Assembly: GCA_947176765.1 (NCBI GenBank)
Contig: CAMWRX010000005.1
Span: 3,771-67,770 of the forward strand
From: an uncultured bacterium
Lineage (GTDB): Bacteria > Bacillota > Clostridia > Oscillospirales > Oscillospiraceae
Direction of reading: 5' to 3'
DNA length: 64,000 nucleotides
Made by a program: the position numbers and the translations under genes. The stretch's first letter is position 1; each line of letters starts with the position of its first letter. Shown here in pieces: positions 1 through 9,692 of this stretch. A model generated the notes under the pieces. It had not been told where the DNA came from, did no database searches, and saw nothing but the letters and a program-made list of their open reading frames with translations.

Positions 1-1
1 G

Positions 2-601
2 TTGGATAAGCACAAGGATGAAATCGTTCAGATGGACGGCTTCGGGGAGAAATCCTATCAAAACCTCTGGGATGCCATCCAACGCAGCCGGACCACTACC
101 TTTGAACGGTATCTCATTGCCATGGATATTCCCATGATCGGCAACACCGCCAGCCGGGCGCTGGCGAAGCAGTTCCACAGCAGCCTGGATGAGTTTGAGG
201 ACGCGGTAGTATGCAATTTCGACTTTACCCAGCTGCCCGACTTCGGGGAGACTCTGCATCAGAACATACACCAGTGGTTCCAGAGTGAGGGGAACTGGTA
301 TTTTTGGGCAGAACTGAGGAACCATGTGACCATCGCGGCCCCTGCTGTGCAGGAATCCGCATCGCCGGATAATCCCTTTGTGGGCAAGACCATCGTGGTC
401 ACCGGCAAGGTGGAGCCCTACACCCGGGACGGCATTAACGCTAAGATCGAATCGCTGGGCGCCCACGCTGGCAGCTCGGTGAGCAAGAAAACTGATTATC
501 TTGTCTGTGGTGAAAATGCCGGAAGCAAGCTGGAAAAAGCCCGGGAACTGGGTGTGACCGTGTTGACACCGGCGCAGTTCTTCCAGATGGCCGGGGAATA
601 A
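2..601 (+). CDS. ligA: NAD-dependent DNA ligase, C-terminal part (HhH + BRCT); truncated by window start
   Basis: HhH motifs GFGEKSYQNL, IPMIGNTAS, DFGETLHQNI; BRCT FVGKTIVVTG...SSVSKKTDYLVCGENAGSKLEKARELGV. Confidence 0.88.
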   Translation: MDKHKDEIVQMDGFGEKSYQNLWDAIQRSRTTTFERYLIAMDIPMIGNTASRALAKQFHSSLDEFEDAVVCNFDFTQLPDFGETLHQNIHQWFQSEGNWYFWAELRNHVTIAAPAVQESASPDNPFVGKTIVVTGKVEPYTRDGINAKIESLGAHAGSSVSKKTDYLVCGENAGSKLEKARELGVTVLTPAQFFQMAGE

Positions 602-633
602 ATAATGAGCACCAAGAGAGGGAGAGGGCAGCA

Positions 634-1569
634 TTGCCTTCTCCCTCTCAATATACACAGATGGGACTGAGAAACATGAAAAGCCTGATACGCTTTCGTA
701 AAGACAGCCAGACAGGATTTGTCAAGCTGTTTTCTGAGCTATGTAACTCAAAGAGCAGTTGGGAGGTTTGGGCAGATTTTGTAGTAATGTCTGCGATAGC
801 AATTTCAAACGCCTTTAACCCAAAGGGGCCAACACATGATGCCCGGGAGCAGGAGTATATGAGGACAATCCAGCGTTATACCAAGGCTGAACAGCAGATT
901 TTCCCAAAGCTGCTTGCCGCAACCGTAGAAGCATTGGAAGCCGAGCCGGATCAGGATTTTTTGGGCGTACTGTTCATGGGCCTGAACCTGGGAAACCATT
1001 GGAAGGGGCAATTTTTTACTCCATATAACATCAGCCGGATGATAGCGGAGATACAGCTTTGCGGCATAGAATTCCGGCTCAAAAAGAAGGGCTGGGTCGG
1101 CATCAACGATCCGTGCTGTGGGGCTGGAGCATTGCTGATTGCCGCACGGAACATTATGGTGCGTGAAAAACTCGCTCCAACCTCCGCTTTATATGTTGCA
1201 CAGGACATAGATCGGACAGCGGCACTGATGTGTTATATACAGCTGTCCCTTTTGGGCTGTGCCGGATATGTGGTGGTGGCCGACACCTTTCGCCACCCGC
1301 TGTCAGGCTACGGTAATTCTCCGTTGCTGAACTCACCTACGCCAGAACAGGAAGTTTGGCTGACACCTGCGTTATATGATGAAACATGGTGCGCCAGGAT
1401 GCAATTAGAGAAAATGCGGCTTATATTGGAACATTTAGGCAAGCTGGATTTTGAGCAGAAAACGAAGTCCGTAAGCGAGAATGGAAAAGAGACCGGTATG
1501 AGCCCGGATGTCAGGACCATGTCTCAGACTTTGAACGAGAGCGCCTGGGGCCAGCTCAAATTATTCTAA
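634..1569 (+). CDS. SAM-dependent N6-DNA-methylase-like protein (alternative ATG at 676)
   Basis: GQFFTPYNIS, motif I-like INDPCCGAGALL, AQDIDRTAALMCYIQLSLLG; no clear NPPY/DPPY motif IV. Confidence 0.75.
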   Translation: MPSPSQYTQMGLRNMKSLIRFRKDSQTGFVKLFSELCNSKSSWEVWADFVVMSAIAISNAFNPKGPTHDAREQEYMRTIQRYTKAEQQIFPKLLAATVEALEAEPDQDFLGVLFMGLNLGNHWKGQFFTPYNISRMIAEIQLCGIEFRLKKKGWVGINDPCCGAGALLIAARNIMVREKLAPTSALYVAQDIDRTAALMCYIQLSLLGCAGYVVVADTFRHPLSGYGNSPLLNSPTPEQEVWLTPALYDETWCARMQLEKMRLILEHLGKLDFEQKTKSVSENGKETGMSPDVRTMSQTLNESAWGQLKLF

Positions 1570-1589
1570 AGGGAAAGGATCATGGTATT

Positions 1590-2168
1590 ATGAATGAAAT
1601 TTCAACCCATTATGGCGATATGCTGACAGAGAAGATTCGGGAAAGCACAACTGACTTTAGTAAAATTTCCGATTTTGACAAGTTCGTCCTTGATAACGGC
1701 TATCGTTACGCGACCAAGGAGGAATTGCAGGCCGGATATGACCGGCACTGGAAAGCGTGCCACAATATTTTGGTTTCTATGGAGGAGTTTCTTGCCGAGG
1801 CCGAAAAGAAGCAATCTGACCCCGCGGCGGATACCTATAAGGCTTTGGTTGGGCTCGTAGCGGAGGAAAAGCTCCGGCCGGGCGAGGTGCTTGGATATGC
1901 CCATTATCGTTGGTGCCTGAACAGCCCGGAAGCGGTCATTGCCTATCAAACGGGGCCGAAGGAATGGGCTGTAAACAACTGCGGTACGGAAATCACGGTG
2001 GAGCAGGCCCAGGTCGAAATCTGTGAGGAATGGGGATTTGAAGCAAGTCGGATCCACATTATCGGTACTCCATACTATGACGCTACGGACTATCAATTCA
2101 TCCGTTTTGACTGTGCTCATATGACGTGGTTATGGACAAACGGGGGACTTTATCAAGTCTATCAATGA
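1590..2168 (+). CDS. Hypothetical protein (element backbone)
   Basis: 192-aa ORF, RBS-like GGAAAGGA upstream, co-oriented with MTase. Confidence 0.7.
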   Translation: MNEISTHYGDMLTEKIRESTTDFSKISDFDKFVLDNGYRYATKEELQAGYDRHWKACHNILVSMEEFLAEAEKKQSDPAADTYKALVGLVAEEKLRPGEVLGYAHYRWCLNSPEAVIAYQTGPKEWAVNNCGTEITVEQAQVEICEEWGFEASRIHIIGTPYYDATDYQFIRFDCAHMTWLWTNGGLYQVYQ

Positions 2169-2220
2169 AAAGAAACGGGAGGGTGCGGCTCATAAATGAG
2201 TCGCACTCTCCCATTTCTTG

Positions 2221-2491
2221 TTATTGAATTGCGTCCTTCATCGCTTTGCCAGCTTTGGACACCGGCAGCTTGGCGTGGGTATATCCACAGGTTTGCTGGT
2301 TCTGGGGCTACGGCCAGTGCGGGCAGTACGCTTCAATGTTGCAAAAGAACCAATACTTGCCAACTGACCTTTTTCGCCGTCTTTGAGTACGGCGGTGACA
2401 GTCTCAGTCAGTGCATTCAGTGAGGTTTCGCAGTCTTTTTAGACAAGTTGGATTTTTCCGCCATATCCGTTGCCAATTCCATCTTATTTAT
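2221..2491 (-). pseudogene. hup: Degenerate HU-family DNA-binding protein
   Basis: Minus strand with two frameshifts reads (I)NKMELATDMAEKSNLSKK/DCETSLNALTETVTAVLKDGEKGQLASIGSFATLKRTARTGRSPRTSKPVDIP/KLPVSKAGKAMKDAIQ*, colinear with HU; start codon is ATA. Confidence 0.8.
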
Positions 2492-2665
2492 GTTAATAGC
2501 GTCCCATCACTACGGATGCGCAGTTTACCTCTTTGTGATACTTATCTGATGAATTGCAGCTGAGGGTCAGGGGCGCTGCGGATACAGAAGATACCTCTCA
2601 ATTCAAATGTAGTAATTTCCTATCATGGTCACATTGCGGTTATGTCGGGAAGTTTTTATGTGCTT

Positions 2666-4030
2666 TTATATAGTATCTTCCACGCTAAAATCCGACCTCA
2701 TATGCTTATGGTATTCCCACAGACAGACTGCTAAAGCGACTAAGGCTGCCGCTATATCGGCAACTGTGTGGGCAATAGCAATCCCAGCGAATCCCAAAAG
2801 ATTATGCATCAGATGCAGCGAAGGGATGAGGAGAACCCCCTGCCGCAGCACCGAGATGATCGTGGCTGACAAAGCATTGCCGGATGCCTGCAAAAAGTTG
2901 CAGCTCAAGTAATAGACGCCCAGCACTGGCCCGGCCAGCAGCAACCAAACCACCATTTGTTTCCCCAGGGCAAGGGCCTCCGGGTTTTGGAGGAATAGGC
3001 CGATGAGTGTATTTCTTGCCAGAGAACAGAGGACAGTCGTAGCAACACCAAATCCAGCCGTCAGTACCGCTAATTTTTGTAAGACTTCTTTGAGTCGGGG
3101 AATGTTGTGGGCACCATAATTATAGGCCATCAGCGGCTGAACACCCATGCAGATACCCATCTGAATCAGACTAACAGACATCGTTACTTTTCCAGCAGCT
3201 CCCATGGCCGCCTGAGCGTTATAACCATAGTTCAAAAGAAGATGATTGGAAAAAATGGAGGCGCTCCCTGACAAAATACTGCTCATCGCATTTGGAAACC
3301 CCAGGGCCAGTATATTGAGCAGAGCCTGTGGGTAGCGCAATGCATTCGATGGGACAAGGTTTAGAAGGCTGGCTTTGCAAAATACGAATCGGAGATAATA
3401 GGCTGCGGCTACCAAATTGCCGATGACAGTAGCCGCAGCCGCACCCGCCACGCCCAGCTTCAGCATCATGATAAATAGCGGGTCCAAAATCAGATTTACA
3501 GCGGTACCCACCAAATTGCCTATAAAGCCGTCCTTAACAGCACCTTCCGAGCGCAGCAGTGTGCCAAAGCCAGTGGCAAACAGCATCAGTGGCGCGCCAA
3601 TTGCCAGTGTGCGCATATATGCCCTGGCATCGGGTACCACCTCGGACAGGACACCCAGAAAATGCAGGAGGGGATCTGTAAACAGCAGAATGAGGACACC
3701 GCACAGCGAGCCAAACAAAATTGCTGCCCAGCCACACAGGCTGGCGCAGGTTTTCGCATAGTTCGTATCACCCGCACCTGCGGCTTTGGCAATGGTCGCG
3801 CAGCCTCCGACCCCGATCATTGTGGCGATAGCTGTGATGACCGAAAACACAGGGCCAACTACCGCAACTGCTGCCACAGGGGCGGAATCGGCCCCTCCCA
3901 GTTGTCCAACAAAAAACATATCTGCCATGTTGTAAAGAATCATGATCAGGATAGAAAACACAGACGGGACGGCCATAGTCAAAATCGCGTTCCAAACCGG
4001 TTTATCTCGAAATAGCGTCTCATTTTGCAT
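2666..4030 (-). CDS. MATE family efflux transporter
   Basis: About 12 hydrophobic segments, MAVPSVFS..YNMADMFFVGQL, NLILDPLFIMMLKLGVAGAAAATVIG; ATG 4030 with GGAGG RBS. Confidence 0.92.
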   Translation of the reverse strand: MQNETLFRDKPVWNAILTMAVPSVFSILIMILYNMADMFFVGQLGGADSAPVAAVAVVGPVFSVITAIATMIGVGGCATIAKAAGAGDTNYAKTCASLCGWAAILFGSLCGVLILLFTDPLLHFLGVLSEVVPDARAYMRTLAIGAPLMLFATGFGTLLRSEGAVKDGFIGNLVGTAVNLILDPLFIMMLKLGVAGAAAATVIGNLVAAAYYLRFVFCKASLLNLVPSNALRYPQALLNILALGFPNAMSSILSGSASIFSNHLLLNYGYNAQAAMGAAGKVTMSVSLIQMGICMGVQPLMAYNYGAHNIPRLKEVLQKLAVLTAGFGVATTVLCSLARNTLIGLFLQNPEALALGKQMVVWLLLAGPVLGVYYLSCNFLQASGNALSATIISVLRQGVLLIPSLHLMHNLLGFAGIAIAHTVADIAAALVALAVCLWEYHKHMRSDFSVEDTI

Positions 4031-4063
4031 ATTGTATCCCTCCTGCCACATATAAGGCGGAGC

Positions 4064-5086
4064 TTATCCGATTCCGCTTAGTTCTGTCAGCATTTTCTCC
4101 ACAACATCTTCGGAAAGTCCCAACATAGGTGCCAGCGCCTTAAAGGTCATGCCATAGGCACTCTTTGCTTGTTCATTACCAGAAAATCCAGGCAGATACT
4201 TTTCTACAATGGCAGCTCCTGTGCTGCTGTCCATAATAGCAGCAATGGTGCTGTTTGCGCTCAGCTTTTCGCCCGTTACCAGTTCCGGATGCTTCCAACT
4301 GGATACATTTTGGTGCCCGGCACTCAGGGCTCCATCTACCGGAATAGCCGCCCCAGTTATGTACCGAGCCAGGTCACTGGCAAGGAACAATGCAAGAGCC
4401 GCACACTCTGTCGGATCCCCCATACGGCCTGCGGGGCAGTCTGAGGCGAAAAAGTCCATGGCCTGCTGGGGCGCGTCCCCGAAAATGCTGGTTTTCGTGT
4501 AGCCCGGGCAGATGGCATTGACTGTGATCCCGTATTTGGCATAGTCGAGCGCCGCCGCCTTGGTCATCCCGACCACGCCAAATTTGGTGGCCGTATATAG
4601 TGCCTGCCCTTTTTGAGGCGTCAATCCCGCAATGGAAGCCACATTGATAAGGAACCCACCCTGGCTGTGAGACCGGAAGATCGCCTCGGCCCCATACTTC
4701 ATTCCAGCAAATACACCTTTGCTGTTCAGATCGAAGATTTTATCGTAGTCCCCCACCTCGTACTCATGCAGTGGTGTGCCGCCCATGCCGATACCTGCGT
4801 TGTTGACGACGCCGTCCAGCCTGCCATAGTGCTCTACGGCGGTCTTAACGAGCTGCTGGATATCGTCCGCACTGCTGCAATCAGTCTGCACAAAGACAGC
4901 CTCGCCGCCTTTCGCACAGATATCATCTGCCACGGCCTGCCCTTGCTCCTTGCTTCGGGCGGCGCAGACTACCTTCATTCCGTGCGCACCAAAGACCTTG
5001 GCTATCGCTTCACCAATACCGCGGCTTGCGCCAGTGACGATTGCCACTTTCCCTTGAACGCTGCTGAAATCCATAATCTGATCCAT
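4064..5086 (-). CDS. Classical SDR oxidoreductase with an extra ~70-aa C-terminal module
   Basis: TGASRGIG, NNAG, YTATK, VNAICPG; sequence continues beyond the usual SDR end (VDGALSA). Confidence 0.9.
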   Translation of the reverse strand: MDQIMDFSSVQGKVAIVTGASRGIGEAIAKVFGAHGMKVVCAARSKEQGQAVADDICAKGGEAVFVQTDCSSADDIQQLVKTAVEHYGRLDGVVNNAGIGMGGTPLHEYEVGDYDKIFDLNSKGVFAGMKYGAEAIFRSHSQGGFLINVASIAGLTPQKGQALYTATKFGVVGMTKAAALDYAKYGITVNAICPGYTKTSIFGDAPQQAMDFFASDCPAGRMGDPTECAALALFLASDLARYITGAAIPVDGALSAGHQNVSSWKHPELVTGEKLSANSTIAAIMDSSTGAAIVEKYLPGFSGNEQAKSAYGMTFKALAPMLGLSEDVVEKMLTELSGIG

Positions 5087-5153
5087 GTTGTAGCCTCCTC
5101 AAAATAGCCTATTTTAGAAGAAATCAGACGGCTGGTTGTTTTCCCGCCAGGTG

Positions 5154-5182
5154 TTGCTTTTAGTGGGTGACTTTAGTATAAT
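5154..5182 (+). promoter_or_regulatory. Putative sigma70 promoter for tetR; CGACA-N13-TGTCG operator-like repeat just downstream
   Basis: TTGCTT-17nt-TATAAT. Confidence 0.5.
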
Positions 5183-5274
5183 GTTCCTTGTCGGGACAGA
5201 CAACCGACAATATTTCAGGCCATGTCGAGTTTAGCAACATTGGTCCTGTTTCTGTTGCCGAAAGGAGCATCTCC

Positions 5275-5838
5275 ATGAGAAATGATCCACGTACCCGCTA
5301 TACTGAGATGATAATCAAAAAAGAATTTTTGGAGCTTTTACACCATAAGCCTATGAGTAAAATTACCGTGCGGGAGATCTGTGACCGTGCTGAGATCAAC
5401 CGGAGCACGTTCTATAAACATTATCTGGACTGCTATGATCTGCTGGACAAGCTCAAAGAGGAGACACTGACCCAGTTCGATGAGCTGATGGCCGGTATTG
5501 ACGGAAGCGGAGCGACACCAGCCCTTCTTGCCACCCTAAACGCATTGGAACAAAATGCGGAAACCTTTCAGCTGATCGCTCCGGGCAGCGGTGGAGGAGA
5601 GTTCACTCGTCAGGTAGTCCAGCGCTGCTATCAGTATTTAGACATGCGTTTTGCGGAATTGAATGAACGAGGCTGGGATAAGGGACAAAAGGAGACTTGC
5701 TATGCCTTTTTGATCGGAGGAATCAGCAGCGTCATTGAACGTTGGATGCAGTGTGGTTGCAAAGAGCCAGCGGAAGAAGTTGCCGCTACGATCATGAAAT
5801 TGAGCGAGATTATGACATCAGGACTAACTGAAAAATAA
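5275..5838 (+). CDS. TetR/AcrR family regulator, divergent from SDR-MATE
   Basis: KPMSKITVREICDRAEINRSTFYKHY HTH; ATG 5275 after GAAAGGAG. Confidence 0.92.
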   Translation: MRNDPRTRYTEMIIKKEFLELLHHKPMSKITVREICDRAEINRSTFYKHYLDCYDLLDKLKEETLTQFDELMAGIDGSGATPALLATLNALEQNAETFQLIAPGSGGGEFTRQVVQRCYQYLDMRFAELNERGWDKGQKETCYAFLIGGISSVIERWMQCGCKEPAEEVAATIMKLSEIMTSGLTEK

Positions 5839-5870
5839 ACGCAGGCAGGGGCTCCCCCTGCCTGCGTTTA
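5836..5870. terminator. Bidirectional terminator between tetR and GH1
   Basis: TAAACGCAGGCAGGGG / CCCCTGCCTGCGTTTA inverted repeat. Confidence 0.85.
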
Positions 5871-5877
5871 TTTATAC

Positions 5878-7167
5878 TTAGCCGCGGTAGCTGCCCAGAT
5901 AAGCCAGACTGGGCTTAGGTGTGCGGGTCTGGGTAGTCCGGTCTACGGCAATCAGGCCAAACTGCATACGATAGCCCATCTGCCATTCAAAGTTGTCCAT
6001 GAGACTCCAGTAGAAGTAGCCTTTTACCGGAATGCCGTCGGCAATACACCTTGCGACACCGTCAGCGGCAATTTGAATAAAGTTGACGCGGCGGGAATCG
6101 TCATCACAGGATACGCCGTTCTCTGTGACCATGATATTGCCACGGAAGTCTTTGGCCACAGCTCGGATCACGTGCTCCAGAGCCTGGGGATAATACTCGT
6201 ATCCCATCTGTGTACGCTCCGCACCGTCGGGTACGGGCAGATCCTCCTCGGGGCCGACGATGGTACGGGTATAGTTCTGCACACCCAGGAAATCGTCATC
6301 CTGGATGTAGGGAAGATAGTGCGTGAACTCCTCCGCCCAGGCGGCCTCAGCCCTGGCCTCGCCGCCCTCCACGGGCTGTATATCATGCAGGCTCAGGGTC
6401 AATCCGACCTGAATATCCGGGTACAGGTCATGAATGGCTTTCTTCGCCGCTTGGTGGGCTTTCATAGTCAGAAGATCGCTGTGCTCGCTCCCGCCCAGAT
6501 TGAAACAGTGGGGCTGGGGGGTGCCGAACACTTCCTCGTTCTCCATGGCCTGGAATTTCATATTCTCCATCATGGCCTGCATATTCAGGCCCATCTGAAC
6601 CTCCCCACCGCTGTTTTGAGCCCCTGCCGCGGCGGCTTTCTTCGCCATCATGGTGTAACGCCGTGAAATAGCGGCTACCTGAAGCCCCATGTTGGCTTCG
6701 TTGATGGTACACACATATTTGAGCTCACTGCCCAGCGCCTTAATCACATAGGAGGCATATTTCTCAAAATCTTCCACCACTGTATCCGCCTCCCAGCCGC
6801 CCTTGCGGATGATCCAGATAGGGCTGGAGAAGTGGAACAGCGTCACCACCGGCTCGATCCCATGCTCCCGGCAGCAGCGGATTACCTTTCGGTAATGCTC
6901 AATCTGCTCATCGTCAAATACGCCGTCCTCAGGCTGGATCCTGGCCCATTCAATGGAAAAGCGATAGGCGTTCAAACCGGCGGACTTCATCAGCTTGATA
7001 TCTTCCTCGTATCGGTTATAGTGGTCACAAGCAATGCCACTCTTGTCCTTATAAGTGGTATGAGGCATTTGCTCCATGGCCCAGCAGTCGGAATTGGTGT
7101 TGTTGCCCTCTACCTGGTGGGCAGCAGTGGCAGCGCCGATGAAAAAGTCGTTTTCAAATTTTTTCAT
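5878..7167 (-). CDS. GH1 beta-glucosidase/galactosidase
   Basis: GAATAAHQVEG, YRFSIEWARI, catalytic TINEAN and VTENG, YFYWSLMDNFEW. Confidence 0.93.
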   Translation of the reverse strand: MKKFENDFFIGAATAAHQVEGNNTNSDCWAMEQMPHTTYKDKSGIACDHYNRYEEDIKLMKSAGLNAYRFSIEWARIQPEDGVFDDEQIEHYRKVIRCCREHGIEPVVTLFHFSSPIWIIRKGGWEADTVVEDFEKYASYVIKALGSELKYVCTINEANMGLQVAAISRRYTMMAKKAAAAGAQNSGGEVQMGLNMQAMMENMKFQAMENEEVFGTPQPHCFNLGGSEHSDLLTMKAHQAAKKAIHDLYPDIQVGLTLSLHDIQPVEGGEARAEAAWAEEFTHYLPYIQDDDFLGVQNYTRTIVGPEEDLPVPDGAERTQMGYEYYPQALEHVIRAVAKDFRGNIMVTENGVSCDDDSRRVNFIQIAADGVARCIADGIPVKGYFYWSLMDNFEWQMGYRMQFGLIAVDRTTQTRTPKPSLAYLGSYRG

Positions 7168-7197
7168 GATATCAGCTCCTCAATTTTATTAGTCATG

Positions 7198-9456
7198 CTA
7201 GTTCAACTCGGCCAGAATGCCGCTGATCTGTTCATCCGTCATCCCTATAAACTTGGATACGGCATCCAAAGTCATGTCCATCATCATACTCTGCATCGTC
7301 TGCATACCGGCAGCGTCTGCTTCAATATCTCCATGCTGGCCTGCCGCTCCGGCGCTGAATTTCTGGAATATGTGTCCGATCAGCGTTTGGCCCTTCGGTG
7401 TGGCAAGGATCTGGCCAAAGGTGGAAAACTCGGTGAAGTGAACCGGTAGCGTGACCGTACCCTCTACAGTTACCTGCGCAGCCAGCCGGATATCCCGGCT
7501 AGAAGAACCGATTTCAATGGTAAAGGTCCCGCTCTCTACAAACCAGTCATGAATCTTCGGCTCATAATATGCAAACGCCTTTTTCCCCAGAGTAAAAGAA
7601 ACCGTCTTTTCCTCGCCTGGGGCCAACTCTACCTTTTCAAAGCCTTTCAATTCCCGCACTGGGCGGTTGACCCGGCTCTGCTCATCCCGGACATAGAGCT
7701 GGATGACCTCCTTACCAAGGCGAGTACCCGTATTTTTGACTTTGCAGGTCACGGTCAAAGATTCTCTATCAGTAAGTTGAGCTTTATCAAGCTGAATATC
7801 CCCGTACACAAAGCTGGTATAGCTCAAGCCGTGGCCGAAGGGAAACCTGACGGCCATTTTCTTTTTGTCGTAATACCGATACCCCACAAAGACACCCTCG
7901 CGGTACTCCACAATACCGTCCTCGCCAGGAAAATTAAGGAAAGAGGGGTTGTCCTCCAGCTTTATTGGGAAGGTTTCAGCCAGTTTGCCGCTGGGATTGG
8001 CTGTGCCGTACAGCAGATCCACTGCGGCCTCACCCACACCCTCGCCTCCGAGGTACAGTTCCAGGATGGCGGCGGCTTGATCTGCCCAGGGCATTTCAAC
8101 GGGGGAGCCGTTATGCAGAACCACCACCGTATTGGGATTGACCGATGCCACCGCCTCGATCAGCGCGTTTTGGTTGGCGGGCATTGCCATTGAGGTTCGG
8201 TCAAACCCCTCCGATTCATAGCTGTCTGGAAGCCCGGCAAAGATAACGGCGACATCCGCCCGCTTCGCGCACTCCGCGGCCCGCTCTAACAAGTCAGGAT
8301 TAGGTTCCGAAGTCTGAGCCAGGTAGCCTTGCGCAAAGGTCACGTTGAGTCCGGCTGCTTGGGCCGCTTCTACCGCTCCCACTACTTTGTGGGAATTGAT
8401 GTGGCTGCTGCCTGCCCCCTGATAGCGGGGAGCACGCGCGAAGTCTCCCAGGAAAGCCACCCTTTGCTCTTTTGACAGCGGCAGAATATCCCGCGCATTT
8501 TTGAGCAGGACCGCGCATTCCTCAGATGCATGCACGCTGCGGATATGGTCCGTCTCCAAATCCAGTTGGGCTTCAGGACGTCGGCCATCCATATAGCCTT
8601 TTATGTATGTTAGAATTCGGGATACCGTTTGATCAAGCTGCTCCTCAGGCAGCTCTCCGCTTTGAACCGCCGCCACGATTTTGGCCACCTGCTCCGGGTT
8701 GTCGCGGCCCGGCATCTCCAAGTCTACACCAGCGGCGATTCCTTTTACCCGGTCCTTCCCCGCACCCCAGTCGGTGACTACAAAGCCGTCAAAGCCCCAT
8801 TGATCCCGAAGAATTTCGGTGAGCAGTTCCCGGTTTTCGGAAGCATACACGCCATTGATCTGGTTATAGGAGCACATCATGCTTCGGGGCGCTGATTCCT
8901 TGACCATATCCTCAAAGGCGGAGAGATAGATCTCATGCAATGTGCGTTCATCAACCTCAGAGGAGCCGGACATACGCAGGGTTTCCTGGTTGTTGGCGGC
9001 AAAATGCTTGGGGCAGGCGGCGATCCCCTTTCCCTGCAGGCCATTGACATAAGCGGCGGCCAACTGTCCGGCCAGATAGGGGTCCTCAGAAAAATATTCA
9101 AAGTTGCGCCCGCACAGTGGGCTGCGTTTGATGTTCAGACCCGGCCCCAACAGCATGGAGACATCCTCCGCTTGGCATTCCTCACCTAAAACCTCACCCA
9201 GCGTATGAAGCAGAGAACGATCAAATGAGGCTGCCAGAGCTGCGGCGGTGGGGAAACAAACCGCTTTGATACTATCGTTGATGCCTAAGTGGTCAGCTTC
9301 TGCCCCCTGTTTGCGCAGCCCGTGAGGGCCGTCGCACATCATAACACTGGGCACACCTAAACGTTCCAGCGCTTTGGTATGCCAAAAATCCCCTCCAGAG
9401 CAGAACGCGGCCTTTTCTTCAAGGGTCATTTGTGAAAGAATATGTTCCACATCCAC
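7198..9456 (-). CDS. GH3 beta-glucosidase (BglX-like) with Fn3-like domain and extra C-terminal module
   Basis: CGRNFEYFSEDP, KHFAANNQE, VVTDWGA, FPFGHGLSYT; GTG 9456 after GGAGG. Confidence 0.93.
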   Translation of the reverse strand: MDVEHILSQMTLEEKAAFCSGGDFWHTKALERLGVPSVMMCDGPHGLRKQGAEADHLGINDSIKAVCFPTAAALAASFDRSLLHTLGEVLGEECQAEDVSMLLGPGLNIKRSPLCGRNFEYFSEDPYLAGQLAAAYVNGLQGKGIAACPKHFAANNQETLRMSGSSEVDERTLHEIYLSAFEDMVKESAPRSMMCSYNQINGVYASENRELLTEILRDQWGFDGFVVTDWGAGKDRVKGIAAGVDLEMPGRDNPEQVAKIVAAVQSGELPEEQLDQTVSRILTYIKGYMDGRRPEAQLDLETDHIRSVHASEECAVLLKNARDILPLSKEQRVAFLGDFARAPRYQGAGSSHINSHKVVGAVEAAQAAGLNVTFAQGYLAQTSEPNPDLLERAAECAKRADVAVIFAGLPDSYESEGFDRTSMAMPANQNALIEAVASVNPNTVVVLHNGSPVEMPWADQAAAILELYLGGEGVGEAAVDLLYGTANPSGKLAETFPIKLEDNPSFLNFPGEDGIVEYREGVFVGYRYYDKKKMAVRFPFGHGLSYTSFVYGDIQLDKAQLTDRESLTVTCKVKNTGTRLGKEVIQLYVRDEQSRVNRPVRELKGFEKVELAPGEEKTVSFTLGKKAFAYYEPKIHDWFVESGTFTIEIGSSSRDIRLAAQVTVEGTVTLPVHFTEFSTFGQILATPKGQTLIGHIFQKFSAGAAGQHGDIEADAAGMQTMQSMMMDMTLDAVSKFIGMTDEQISGILAELN

Positions 9457-9627
9457 AGAAGTCCCTCCTCCGTTAGATTGTGATTGCAGTATACAAAACT
9501 GGTGACGCCTTTGCGAACAAAAATTTAGAAACAAGTCCTAAAATTCACGGTCTTTTTCCAAGACAGAAAAACTGTGCGAATTTTAGAACCTACTTCTTGA
9601 TTTTTATACGCAAAAAGAAAAAGTCCT

Positions 9628-9636
9628 TGTTATAAT
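9628..9636 (+). promoter_or_regulatory. Extended -10 (TGnTATAAT) for the MFS transporter, no good -35; possibly AraC-activated
   Basis: TGTTATAAT about 55 nt upstream of the GGAGG RBS. Confidence 0.45.
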
Positions 9637-9692
9637 CGGGCCATCCAATTTCCAGCGACGCATGAAAAACAAAAATTTGAGGAGGAGCAAAT

